Below, piece by piece: positions 48,808-58,972 of a stretch of DNA of 64,000 nt. The translations under genes were made by a program, and so were the position numbers. Each line of letters starts with the position of its first letter. Position 1 is the first letter of the stretch. Where the stretch lies: the NCBI GenBank assembly GCA_049903315.1, contig JBNGBT010000003.1, positions 224,001-288,000 on the forward strand, given 5' to 3'. The notes below the pieces were generated by a model. The model made no database searches, was not told where the DNA came from, and worked only from the letters and a program-made list of their open reading frames with translations. The stretch comes from Candidatus Cloacimonadota bacterium. Lineage in GTDB: Bacteria > Cloacimonadota > Cloacimonadia > JGIOTU-2.

Positions 48808-51800
48808 TTATTTCACGAGTATCATTTTCTTCACTTCGTCGAAGCCTTGATTTTCAAGCTTGTAGAAGTAGATACCTGTTGCCATATCAGAAATATCGAT
48901 TTGAGCAGCACCACTCACACCTTCCACAGTTTTGACAAATTCACCGTGAATGTTGTATATCTTAATGGTAGCGTTTTGATTCATTGCACTACCCTTAAGA
49001 TGATATTTGATCACAGTGGAGCTTTTTGCAGGATTCGGGAAGTTGCCGAGCAAGATAGTATTTTCATAATAGGTGTTATCGTCAACACCGATTTCGGGAA
49101 CGCCCGTACCAAATACGTCTAAATTATCAAATGAGAAAGGATTGATCTGGATGACAACAGTGCCATCATAATTTTGTGCATTCTGAGGAGCGAAGGTGAG
49201 ATCGTAGGTCATGCTTTCACCCATAGAGATCGAATATGTAAGAACATTTCTGCGTGGAGTTGTGCCAGTTTCTGCAACAGAGTAACAAGTAGGAGTGGTT
49301 ATTTGTCCGGACAATGTTCCGCTGCCAAGATTATAGATCGAGAATTGCATAGTGGAATCATGTCCTACCTGGACCTGACCAAAATCAAGAGACCCGGGTG
49401 ACAAGTAAAACACAGGGAATGGAGACAGAACAGGCGGAAGTGTTATATAATCTATCCATGCACAGTCTTGTCCGCCAACCTGAGTATAGTCTTTATCATA
49501 TACCCATTTGAATGTATGAGTGCCTGCTGTTACTGTGTATGACACTTCACTCCAACTCACTTCACCAGCCCATTCGCCTTTTTGGACACCATCAATATAG
49601 AATTGAAGGTAGTCGTAGTTATTTTCTGAGGATACTTTTCTGAAGAATGAAATATCACCGGCATTTGTATCTATCGTAAGAGAAAGTTCTGTTTCTGAGT
49701 TATTTCCGATAGCTCCGGATTTTGCGCAGAAGTTACCTTCATAGGCATTTATCTCATCGATAGTCCAATCTGCATCTCCACTTGTAATCCAGTTATATGC
49801 ATTGAAGTTGCCAGTCTCGAAGTCTTCGATTGAAAGTCCGACATATTCATAGAACATTTCAGTGGCACTGTAATTACCGCCAGTGACATTGAATTCGAGA
49901 GGTATGCTTACGCCGTTTGGCGCACTGCTGGAAACAGTAATATTGAAAACAGCAAATTTTGATTGATCAACATTAAAGCTGCCGAAATCATAAGTGCCAG
50001 TATTAATGGTGACATAGCTATTGCTTACGAGAGTTCCTGTTGCATCGGGAGAAGTTGCATGTCCGTCGTTGGTTGTTTCTATAGTAATACTTGCTGTTTC
50101 GCCAGCGTCGAGACGACCATTATTATTACCGCCCGAATCATTTATCGTGAGATTTCCTACTGTAAAATGAGGGGCATTAACAACTATTCCAAAAGCAGTA
50201 TCCCAGGTTTCTTTTGTTCCGGGATCACCCTCAACATTGACGTCGAGAACAACATAATGCTGGTCTTCAATATCGTTCGAAACACTGAATTCATATGCGT
50301 CAACCATCGTGGATGATTGATTAGATCCGATAGTGCCGAAGTTCTCTGTAATATCTGAGAAATCAATATGAGTATCTGTTGTTGAAAGTGTTGCTATTAC
50401 ATTATCAGCAGCTTGGACACCTACGTTTTTCAGTGTTAAGCCAAGCAGAATAGTTTCGCCGTAATCAATAACTCCATTATCATTTGCACCCGTATCATTA
50501 ATTGAATGACCTTCATAAATAATATATGGTCCGGAAGGTGGAATGACATTTACTATAGTTTCATAACGGTAGTAATTTTGCTTTACAACAGTGACAAGAA
50601 CATCTACTCCAGGGAGCTGAGATTCGAAAGAAATAGGTGTGGGAACTAAACCATTTCCAACACCAGTACCAATAATTTCACCATCAACTGAAAGGCAGAT
50701 GTCTGCTCCAGAATTCGCAGTCACATTAAAGGTCGTAATGCCACTTAAGATCGCGGCATCATGACTCACCTGAAGGTTTTGAGGAACTTCAGAATAGACC
50801 GTCATGAATGCATCACCATGATGATGGAAGAGGTAATATGTAATTGCTTTATTACTTGTGTTGTAAGGCCAGCTTGAGCCTTGAAGGAAAATTTTACCAG
50901 CTGAGTTACCCATGCAGGGATATATCCAGTCGGAATTAGAAGGAGGTGCACCATAGTCCGGCATAAACTGGGGCCACATCAAATCATACATGCCCCATAC
51001 ATAGGTATCGTTCACGAAGGAGTATGAGGTTTCTGACGCAGCTATAAGGCCAAGTGCGCGATGTTCATAACGATGCATTGCTTCTGCAAAACATTCTGAC
51101 GAATTATTATACTTTCCTGTTAAACAGTTGATAGAAAATACATACACAAGATCATCATTATACAATCCACCTAAATCTCCAGTATCATAATCCGGTTCAC
51201 CCCAGCCGGTAGTGCCGCCGTGGTCACGATGCTGAAGCATGAATGCGCCGCTGTTTATAGCGTTGTTAACCTGGGTGGCATTGCCGCCGGTCCAACCGCC
51301 AAGGGTTGAGGGATCTGTAGGGATATAACCTAATCCGGCAGGACCAAAATAAGCAAGAACAGTGGCAGTGTTCGTTGCTGTTGACCATACACCACCATTT
51401 GGATTACCGCTATAAATGGCATTTATTCTGACCTGGTTTTTTCCAAGTATATTTGACCAGAAACCGCCTACAGTTTCTGAGCAGATTTGGAACCAACGTT
51501 CAGTCTGCCAACCAAGAGCTGTAACAGGATGGTCATAGAAATCGGGATTTGTAGGAGGGTCTGTTTCATAATCAAGGAATTTTGAGACTGTGATTTCTAG
51601 TTCGCTATAATTTCTAGCTGTTATACGTGCAAAATGCATGTCGGGCATATCATCACCATTAACATCGGCATAGATATTGTCAGAAACACAACTGCCGTAA
51701 GAAGGTGAGATAATACCGGTACCTGTTGCTCCACCTGTGCCATAGTCAGCAAGCAACAGCACTGCTGAAGGCGCAGGAGTCCAAGTATTATAAGCCGTAT

Positions 51801-52665
51801 TGAAATAATTCTCTAAGGCTGAGGTTGTGTTGCCACCAATTTGAGTGAGGGTTACAACTTGTGTAATAATACCTTGTTTTTGACGGAAATTCTTTATTGA
51901 ATCCGCCCAGGTGATGAAGTCGGGATTATCAGGAACAACAATGAGGTATTCGCAGCCATCATCTTTTGCGGAGGTGTTTGAATAATCTTTTTCCGGAATT
52001 GATTCATAGTTTAGTATTGTCTGTGCGTAGATTGGATCCCACCATTTGCTGCGTAATCTGTCTTCACCATATTGACCATTGCCGCCGATAAAGTTCAAGT
52101 CAATTTGCATATCGCGGTATACAATCATCTCTTTTGTAACAGGATTGTATTGGAATGGGGTAATGCCAATGATCACGACATCGACTCCACGAATTTGTTT
52201 TACATCGGAGATCATAACAGGATTTGCCGGATAAAACTCATTTTTTGAATAAATCTGTATATCCTTGTTATAATCAAGAGGTCCTTCTTCAGTATCAAGA
52301 GGGATGCGGAAGGCAGGTGCAATATCCATATTCGGTACGATTTCGGAACGATAATCAACAATATTGAAAGAGACTGAAGCACCTTCCGGAATTGCAATAA
52401 ATCTGCTCATGCCCGGAAGGTCAGGGGCACCTTCATTATTTGGGAGAAAAACACCAGGGATGTGAATACTTTGAAGTGTCTCACCATCTACTTCTGCATC
52501 AGTAGTAAAATACTCCTGAACTGAGAAGTTGAGAGAAAGGTCAGAGGAATTTTGCCTTAGTATGCTGAATCCATGATCTCCCCAACTGTCAGTATATTGC
52601 TTTGCAAAAGCAACTGAGGAGAAGAGAATAAGGCAAAAAGCCATTAAAAAAACAATCTTTTTCAT
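48808..52665 (-). CDS. Gingipain-like C25 cysteine peptidase with propeptide, Ig-like/adhesin modules and C-terminal sorting domain
   Basis: Propeptide (G.PDLP...F..P; ITPFQYNP), catalytic HRDHG and SINCLTG, repeated DxG.N.NG.(L/I)D.GET modules, a cleaved-adhesin-like module, and NFPNP...TGIYFYKL...KKMILVK. Confidence 0.9.
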   Translation of the reverse strand: MKKIVFLMAFCLILFSSVAFAKQYTDSWGDHGFSILRQNSSDLSLNFSVQEYFTTDAEVDGETLQSIHIPGVFLPNNEGAPDLPGMSRFIAIPEGASVSFNIVDYRSEIVPNMDIAPAFRIPLDTEEGPLDYNKDIQIYSKNEFYPANPVMISDVKQIRGVDVVIIGITPFQYNPVTKEMIVYRDMQIDLNFIGGNGQYGEDRLRSKWWDPIYAQTILNYESIPEKDYSNTSAKDDGCEYLIVVPDNPDFITWADSIKNFRQKQGIITQVVTLTQIGGNTTSALENYFNTAYNTWTPAPSAVLLLADYGTGGATGTGIISPSYGSCVSDNIYADVNGDDMPDMHFARITARNYSELEITVSKFLDYETDPPTNPDFYDHPVTALGWQTERWFQICSETVGGFWSNILGKNQVRINAIYSGNPNGGVWSTATNTATVLAYFGPAGLGYIPTDPSTLGGWTGGNATQVNNAINSGAFMLQHRDHGGTTGWGEPDYDTGDLGGLYNDDLVYVFSINCLTGKYNNSSECFAEAMHRYEHRALGLIAASETSYSFVNDTYVWGMYDLMWPQFMPDYGAPPSNSDWIYPCMGNSAGKIFLQGSSWPYNTSNKAITYYLFHHHGDAFMTVYSEVPQNLQVSHDAAILSGITTFNVTANSGADICLSVDGEIIGTGVGNGLVPTPISFESQLPGVDVLVTVVKQNYYRYETIVNVIPPSGPYIIYEGHSINDTGANDNGVIDYGETILLGLTLKNVGVQAADNVIATLSTTDTHIDFSDITENFGTIGSNQSSTMVDAYEFSVSNDIEDQHYVVLDVNVEGDPGTKETWDTAFGIVVNAPHFTVGNLTINDSGGNNNGRLDAGETASITIETTNDGHATSPDATGTLVSNSYVTINTGTYDFGSFNVDQSKFAVFNITVSSSAPNGVSIPLEFNVTGGNYSATEMFYEYVGLSIEDFETGNFNAYNWITSGDADWTIDEINAYEGNFCAKSGAIGNNSETELSLTIDTNAGDISFFRKVSSENNYDYLQFYIDGVQKGEWAGEVSWSEVSYTVTAGTHTFKWVYDKDYTQVGGQDCAWIDYITLPPVLSPFPVFYLSPGSLDFGQVQVGHDSTMQFSIYNLGSGTLSGQITTPTCYSVAETGTTPRRNVLTYSISMGESMTYDLTFAPQNAQNYDGTVVIQINPFSFDNLDVFGTGVPEIGVDDNTYYENTILLGNFPNPAKSSTVIKYHLKGSAMNQNATIKIYNIHGEFVKTVEGVSGAAQIDISDMATGIYFYKLENQGFDEVKKMILVK

Positions 52666-52814
52666 CAATATCCTCCATTGATTTTGATTAGATTTTTCAT
52701 TTTATTTTTTTATTCAAAAATTTTTGATTAAAAAACCAACTAAACGAAACTATGTCAAGTTTATATAAGAGATAATAATATTTTAAAGAAAATAAAGAGC
52801 GTGTAAACATAAAT

Positions 52815-53936
52815 TTACCAGGGGCTAGTAATGTCATAGAGGGCTGCGTGAAGAATATTGTTTTCTGAAAATATGAAATAAATATAATATTTTCCAGCTT
52901 CAAAGGGAAGATGCTTTACTTTGCCTGTTCCTTCTTGAGGAAGAAAATAATATCCGGATTCACGAGCTCCTTTCGGCAGCCAGAAAAGACCATAATTGCC
53001 AGTAGGGATTGCTTTGAAATTTGACATTTCATAGGGCCCGAAGTCGTCAATGATTGCAACTGACTTGAATTCCCAAGACTCTCCGATCTTCATAACATTA
53101 AGATATTTCTCAGTACCGTTCAGCATTGATATTTTGGGATTGAAACCTGCATCATCCTCAAGAATGTAATAGCTCATTGTACCATTTTGTTGGGCAAGTA
53201 TCGCATGTATTTTCCCACCCTCAACAGGGCAGTGGTAAGGTATGTTTTCTTTATTTTTCCAGCGCACCCATTCTTTTTCTGAAGATGGTTTATAATAAAG
53301 AAAATTTTCTTCAAGATCGGTTGTATTAAGAAGCTGGGAAGTCTCATGCGGCGGCAGATTGGTCATAGTGAAAACAGGTTTTGAAGGTTCTCCAAGACGC
53401 ACATCAAAAGGTTCATCATAAAGATTTACAAAGAATATTTTTGCATCCTTAATCCAAAGAGTTATTGGAGACAGGAAATAATCGTCAGAGTAATAGTGAA
53501 CGGAAAAATAATCTCTGAGATCCTCAGTGGATGAAATTGTGCTATCGTCGATGTTAACCTCACGGGTTGTTAAGGTGTTTTTGGTGAGATCAATATTAAA
53601 ACAATAATAGTTTACCTCATCACCGCTTGATCCGAGAGGTCGCGCATAGAGATATTTATTCACTCCAATATTCGTAATATAACCGATATAATAGGGGTCG
53701 CCAAGGTAGTCATCATTGTACGTGATGATCTTAATAAAATATGAATAAGGGTCATTTTCAATAAACTCAATTTTTTGCACATCATAGTCATCACTGGTTT
53801 CCCAGATACCAAGTAGATTTCTATCAATCGGAATGGTGCCAAGCTCCCCAAGAGGATATTTCGTAGCTGCGGGACAGCCAATGAGCGTCATTGCTATAGT
53901 CAGAATAATTACAAAATTTAGTAATCTTTTTAGCAT
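52815..53936 (-). CDS. Hypothetical lipoprotein
   Basis: Lipobox LIGC; appears to have an N-terminal domain plus two related beta-rich C-terminal modules. Confidence 0.65.
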   Translation of the reverse strand: MLKRLLNFVIILTIAMTLIGCPAATKYPLGELGTIPIDRNLLGIWETSDDYDVQKIEFIENDPYSYFIKIITYNDDYLGDPYYIGYITNIGVNKYLYARPLGSSGDEVNYYCFNIDLTKNTLTTREVNIDDSTISSTEDLRDYFSVHYYSDDYFLSPITLWIKDAKIFFVNLYDEPFDVRLGEPSKPVFTMTNLPPHETSQLLNTTDLEENFLYYKPSSEKEWVRWKNKENIPYHCPVEGGKIHAILAQQNGTMSYYILEDDAGFNPKISMLNGTEKYLNVMKIGESWEFKSVAIIDDFGPYEMSNFKAIPTGNYGLFWLPKGARESGYYFLPQEGTGKVKHLPFEAGKYYIYFIFSENNILHAALYDITSPW

Positions 53937-54083
53937 AGAATTAAATATCCTTTATACAAAAAAAACAGAAATATCACCTAAATATTCGTCAAGTTTAACA
54001 GCCCCCACTTCTTTTTTTCTCAACTTTAAGTAATACTAAATCTTTATGTAAGGAATTTACTTCTTGTTGTTGATTACTTAATG

Positions 54084-55097
54084 TTACTTGAGAAGTGATT
54101 TCTTTAAAAAATATATCTGCCAGAGGTCTTTGTCAGAAAAATGGAGTAATGGTTTGAGGGCCGCCAAGCCTATTCGACCAATGGTTTTTTCGAGATACTT
54201 CATTTCAGAAAATTTCTCTTGAATTGCGGGATCTATTTCAACAGGATATCCCATTTCTCTCAGCATTAACAATGCTTTTGCTCTCACGGCTAATTCAAGG
54301 TGAAGTCTCATAAAGCAGAGCATATCGCCTACAATTTCTTTGGGGAGAACTTCATGAAGTGAGTATAAATATTTGCCTGCATTGCTCTCTTTAAATCTTC
54401 CGCCCTGAAGTGACTTCATGAGCGATATATCACTCGTCAAACCTGTATCAAGCCACTTTTCCAACCTTCTTTCACTTTGCTGAAATATGACAAATATTAC
54501 GATTGAGAAAACGATTATAAGGAGTACAGTCATCATTATCGGAGGGAGTATAAAAAGATTAAAACTGAGATGAAAGAAAATTGCAATAAGTATTCCCGGA
54601 AGAAAAAACTTTATGCGTGTGCAGTTATTCTTTTCAATAATATAGCCCGATATGATTGCCATCAGACAAGTTGTGGAGCCATGCATGACTGCGGTTCCAA
54701 AACCCCGAAGTATCCATGTGAAAATGGTCTCATGTTTGAGAATGGACAGATAGTAACTATTTTCGATAAAAGAAAAGCCTGCTCCTACCGCAAAACCGAT
54801 GATCGCTGCATCGACAAGAAATCCGATTCTTTTTTTATAGAAAAGTATTATGACGATAGCAGCTTTGAACAATTCCTCGATAGGGGGTGCGATATATATT
54901 GAAAGTGTCGTCACATGTATGTGAAATGTGATTTCAATGAGATATTCAATACAAAAACTAGCTGCGGCAGCAATGCACCCAAACAAGATGACTTTCAATA
55001 ATAGAGAGAGTTTCAGTAATTTATAGCTATCAAAAATAACAAGGAAAAGAAGGAATATGAAAACTGGGCACAGGCTTACAAGAATACTGGGGATCAT
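54084..55097 (-). CDS. PrsW family glutamic-type intramembrane protease with C-terminal soluble extension
   Basis: All four PrsW motifs: PIEELFK (EExxK), GFSFIEN (FxxxE), VMHG and FHLSFN (HxxxN). About 130 aa of hydrophilic tail. Confidence 0.88.
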   Translation of the reverse strand: MIPSILVSLCPVFIFLLFLVIFDSYKLLKLSLLLKVILFGCIAAAASFCIEYLIEITFHIHVTTLSIYIAPPIEELFKAAIVIILFYKKRIGFLVDAAIIGFAVGAGFSFIENSYYLSILKHETIFTWILRGFGTAVMHGSTTCLMAIISGYIIEKNNCTRIKFFLPGILIAIFFHLSFNLFILPPIMMTVLLIIVFSIVIFVIFQQSERRLEKWLDTGLTSDISLMKSLQGGRFKESNAGKYLYSLHEVLPKEIVGDMLCFMRLHLELAVRAKALLMLREMGYPVEIDPAIQEKFSEMKYLEKTIGRIGLAALKPLLHFSDKDLWQIYFLKKSLLK

Positions 55098-55098
55098 T

Positions 55099-58044
55099 CT
55101 AAAATAGTTTGAGACTCACCATGAATTCGTGGGTATAATTTTGGTTATTATCAACTGCAGCAGCATAACCAAACGAGAGATACGTTCTCAGAAGAGAAAG
55201 TGCGATGAATTGGAAATCAACTTGCACGCCAATATTAAAATACATTTTCCGCAAAGAGCTATTTTCAACATTCGTAGCAAGTGCAGAGGAGAAAAATGAT
55301 GTCCTCATCCATCTTAAATAAAAGGGTATGATACCTGCTTCACGAAACCGAAGTGGGGGTAGTTCAAATTCGAGCATTGCCTTAAGAAAATTTGTTCCCG
55401 AAATGCTGCTTATTTCTTTGCCGGGAAAACTGTTCCATTCCCTAAACCTTTGTACATCCTTTTCGTCAATCCAGTTATTCTGGAAGCCGCCAATATAAAA
55501 ATTATCAAAAGAATCATTTCTTTTACCGGGTGATATCCCTCCGGCAGTTCTCAGCCAAATTGATGAGTGGTTTATAAAAAGTGGAATTCCGTAATCTGCC
55601 TGTGAATGAAGAAGGATGTGCATTCTATCCTTTGCATAACTCAGGTTTATGTGAGTTCCGAGGATATAACCTTTTTCATCATCTACCGAACCCTGTGAGC
55701 TTTGTAAGTTTTTATAGATTATATCTGTGTTGCACTCGAGAATTGTCTTTGCATCGATCGTGACTTCCTGTGAGAATGGAAGTTCATCCAATCCCGTATA
55801 AGCGGTTATATCTGATGATAAGGTCAGAATTCTCGGCTTGTCATAGATAAGATCTTCTTTGTAGGTAAGCCCGACAGAAAAGCCTTTTCGACTCACTTTA
55901 GTGGGTCCAAAAAGATCATAAAAATCTGTCTTATTATATGCAAGATGTAAGCCCCATTTTCTTAATTGAAAATCACCCATCAAATGATAGGATTCGTTAT
56001 CCTGAAGATGATTGTTTGGTAGCGAATATGAAAAGGTAAGGTCAAGAATTCGCGAGTTTACATCATCAGAAAAATGAAAATAGTAACCATAAGCGGTATA
56101 ATCTTTATACCCTTCTACCACCGGATATGCAAAAAGGAGATCAATATTTTTAAATTTATCATATTTGCCCTTAAAGATGGCGAGTGAGTCGATATCATAC
56201 TCGTAGAAATCACCATAATTCCACTCTCGCAAAATTGGATATTTATCAGCGATTGCCTGTCCAAGATATTCTATTGCACTAACTCCCGAAACAGGTTCAT
56301 TTTTTAGCCAAAAAGGGGAGAATCCCTGTCCTCCTTCAAATTCGAATGCAATCAGTGAATCCTTGCTGACAGGAACAGGTCTGAACAAACCCATCTCAAC
56401 ATTACTTAGGGCGCTCATGTCGTCAAGTTCAAAATCGTAACGGAAAATATTTGACACTCCTGTATAATATGATGCTCCAAAGAGATATCGACCATCATGA
56501 GAAAACACAAAATTTGCAGGAGAACTGAAGCCAAAATCAAAGATCGATTTATAAGACGCATTATTGTTCATAAGACTATCAATTTCAAATAATGCTAATT
56601 CCTGAGTGCCATCAGCATGAGTGAGTGCAGCAGATAATTTCTTGCCGTCAGGTGAAATGTCGAGATCGTATATCGATGTGCTGTAATGAAATGCATGGAC
56701 TGCTTTCCATTCTTTATAAGGAGGTTCCAGCCGAATCAGGGTGGAAATTCCATCAGAATGTCTGACACCCCACAGTGAGGAATCGGCAGGATTTGATACA
56801 AGATCGCCGGCACGAAGATTGTTATATAGTTTAGTGATCTTTCCTGTCTCAATATCAACAACATTCAGATCTCTAAGAGTATAATTATCTGTCGTGAAGT
56901 AAATCTTTTTTTGAGATTTATCAAGCGCCATTGAACAGGTGAAATAGGTCGATGCTCCTCTGAGATTGCAAATCTTATGAAAATCTCCACTCTTCACATC
57001 AATGTAACCAAGCTGAGGAAGCTGACCGGGAAATTTAATTGCGGTGTAGAATCTTCCTGTTTCCTCATCATAATAACTTTTAGAGACAGATCCAAGAATT
57101 TTATCAGTGATTTCTTTGCATTCAGTAACGGGATTTTCTGCTATCTTTAAAAGGTTTTTCTGTTGCCAGTGATATTCAAATGTTATCCAATCTGACCAAG
57201 AATGGCTCAGAGATTTTCCATATACTTTTTTAAATTGCGAAGTAAAGCATAGATCACTATTATCAACTCTGTTTACCCAGGTGATAAGTTTTTCAGGTCC
57301 ATACATGTATGCTAAATAAGCAAAAAATCTTGCTCCGTATAAATAAGAGTTAGCCCCGACCTGAAAATCGATCGCTGTGCCTTCAGACTCTAAACCTACT
57401 GCATGATACATTGGGATGGAATCCTTGACCATCGCCCTAAAAATCATTTCATCATATGAACTCATCGCGCGCCCTACACCCCTGCACATCCATGTTTCCA
57501 TGAATACGGCAATTCCCTCATGAAACCAGCGGGGTGCAAATTTCCGTGGCACGGTAAGGTAGGAGTAAAGGAGCGAGAGGGGATTTGTAGCATCTTGTTG
57601 TACTTTTCCAAGGAAAACTTTCCTGAAAAATCGCTCTGATTCTCCTGAATTATCCATTGCAACGACATGTGTGAGTTCGTGATTCATCAGGAAGGACATG
57701 CGTTCATTCGAAGGAGCAACTTCGAACACATACATACTTGGAGCGATGTTCACAAACACAAAATTGACTGGCGCAGCAGTAGCACCTCCATTACTCCAGT
57801 CAGAAAAATCCTCTAAGAAGATTGTAATAGGTTCTTGAGATTTATAATCCCAGAAATCCTTGTAAAAATGATATGTATTGAGAAATGAACGGGCTAAGTG
57901 AGGTACGATATACGAATGCGCATTCGAATAATAAATGAGATTAAGATCTTCTGTTTTCAGCTGTTTAAATTGCTGGGAATGTACCGGTGAAATGAGATTC
58001 AAAAAGAGGAAACAAAAGATAGCTGCTTTGAAGATGAGTTTCAA
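55099..58044 (-). CDS. Outer-membrane protein: zinc-metallopeptidase domain + TolB-like beta-propeller + Omp85-like beta-barrel
   Basis: Signal peptide; NHELTH (HExxH) and WFHEGIA (third-ligand Glu); ISPDGKK and FSHDGRY propeller blades; amphipathic strands, FYIGG and terminal ...VSLKLF. Confidence 0.75.
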   Translation of the reverse strand: MKLIFKAAIFCFLFLNLISPVHSQQFKQLKTEDLNLIYYSNAHSYIVPHLARSFLNTYHFYKDFWDYKSQEPITIFLEDFSDWSNGGATAAPVNFVFVNIAPSMYVFEVAPSNERMSFLMNHELTHVVAMDNSGESERFFRKVFLGKVQQDATNPLSLLYSYLTVPRKFAPRWFHEGIAVFMETWMCRGVGRAMSSYDEMIFRAMVKDSIPMYHAVGLESEGTAIDFQVGANSYLYGARFFAYLAYMYGPEKLITWVNRVDNSDLCFTSQFKKVYGKSLSHSWSDWITFEYHWQQKNLLKIAENPVTECKEITDKILGSVSKSYYDEETGRFYTAIKFPGQLPQLGYIDVKSGDFHKICNLRGASTYFTCSMALDKSQKKIYFTTDNYTLRDLNVVDIETGKITKLYNNLRAGDLVSNPADSSLWGVRHSDGISTLIRLEPPYKEWKAVHAFHYSTSIYDLDISPDGKKLSAALTHADGTQELALFEIDSLMNNNASYKSIFDFGFSSPANFVFSHDGRYLFGASYYTGVSNIFRYDFELDDMSALSNVEMGLFRPVPVSKDSLIAFEFEGGQGFSPFWLKNEPVSGVSAIEYLGQAIADKYPILREWNYGDFYEYDIDSLAIFKGKYDKFKNIDLLFAYPVVEGYKDYTAYGYYFHFSDDVNSRILDLTFSYSLPNNHLQDNESYHLMGDFQLRKWGLHLAYNKTDFYDLFGPTKVSRKGFSVGLTYKEDLIYDKPRILTLSSDITAYTGLDELPFSQEVTIDAKTILECNTDIIYKNLQSSQGSVDDEKGYILGTHINLSYAKDRMHILLHSQADYGIPLFINHSSIWLRTAGGISPGKRNDSFDNFYIGGFQNNWIDEKDVQRFREWNSFPGKEISSISGTNFLKAMLEFELPPLRFREAGIIPFYLRWMRTSFFSSALATNVENSSLRKMYFNIGVQVDFQFIALSLLRTYLSFGYAAAVDNNQNYTHEFMVSLKLF

Positions 58045-58055
58045 TTTATTTATTA

Positions 58056-58865
58056 TTATTGTGGACGAATAATATTTTGGAAATCACTTGCATGAATAAT
58101 GCTTATAAAATCTTCGCTGAACAGAACTGCTCCAAAATTTTCATCAGAATATATAGCTTTTATTGCTTCAATATTATCGTCATTTAGCAGATATACAACT
58201 TTCAACTGTTCTTCGGGAATAATAGCTGTGAGTTCAGGATGAGCAAAATCGATATCCTTTATTGATTCTTGGAATTCTTGGCTCTTATATGTTTTTTCAA
58301 AATTCGGACTGAATCCGAAATCGGGAGAACTGATCGCTGCAATAATTACAATATTAAAGAAATCATTTTGATTGAATTCCTGAGATAAAACTGCATTTAA
58401 TTTATCTTCAGGTATTGCCAAAACCGCATTTTGGAAATCTTGGCTGAAGCCCTTCTTAAATTCATCACTCTGGATAAAATTCTCGAACTCCTTCGGGGTA
58501 TTCAAGACAGGCACAATATTCTGAAAATCTTGCGATAACTGAACATAACGCTGGAAATCGGACATAAGTGGTATAATGATATCCTGAAAATCAGAACTCA
58601 GAACAGCTTTCCTGAAATTCTCATCTTTGATAAGATTCTGGAATTCAGCACCCTGTATTATGTCATTAATTTCCGGATTTTCAATAATGATTTCATCAAC
58701 AGTAAACTGCTTGCCAATATCTCGCTTACTTTTTTCGATACCTGCCATTGTTCCAGTGAGTTTCTGTGAAGATGGGGGAGGATAAAAAAATGAGAAATAA
58801 ACCACAAGAATTACAATAACAACAGCAAGCACGACAAACAAACCTGTACGATTTTTTTGTTTCAT
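58056..58865 (-). CDS. Membrane-anchored helical-repeat protein of unknown function
   Basis: Short basic N-terminus, TM helix, YPPP...GT, then about 17 copies of (S)x[D/E/N]F[Q]. GGAGG RBS and TTGACA at 58933-58938. Confidence 0.8.
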   Translation of the reverse strand: MKQKNRTGLFVVLAVVIVILVVYFSFFYPPPSSQKLTGTMAGIEKSKRDIGKQFTVDEIIIENPEINDIIQGAEFQNLIKDENFRKAVLSSDFQDIIIPLMSDFQRYVQLSQDFQNIVPVLNTPKEFENFIQSDEFKKGFSQDFQNAVLAIPEDKLNAVLSQEFNQNDFFNIVIIAAISSPDFGFSPNFEKTYKSQEFQESIKDIDFAHPELTAIIPEEQLKVVYLLNDDNIEAIKAIYSDENFGAVLFSEDFISIIHASDFQNIIRPQ

Positions 58866-58972
58866 GCTACCTCCATGATATTTTTATTGCCATTATTTCT
58901 TATAATTTTTCATTCTGGATTTTAGCATTATTTGTCAATAATATTAATCAAAAATACTATTCAGGAGACTAA

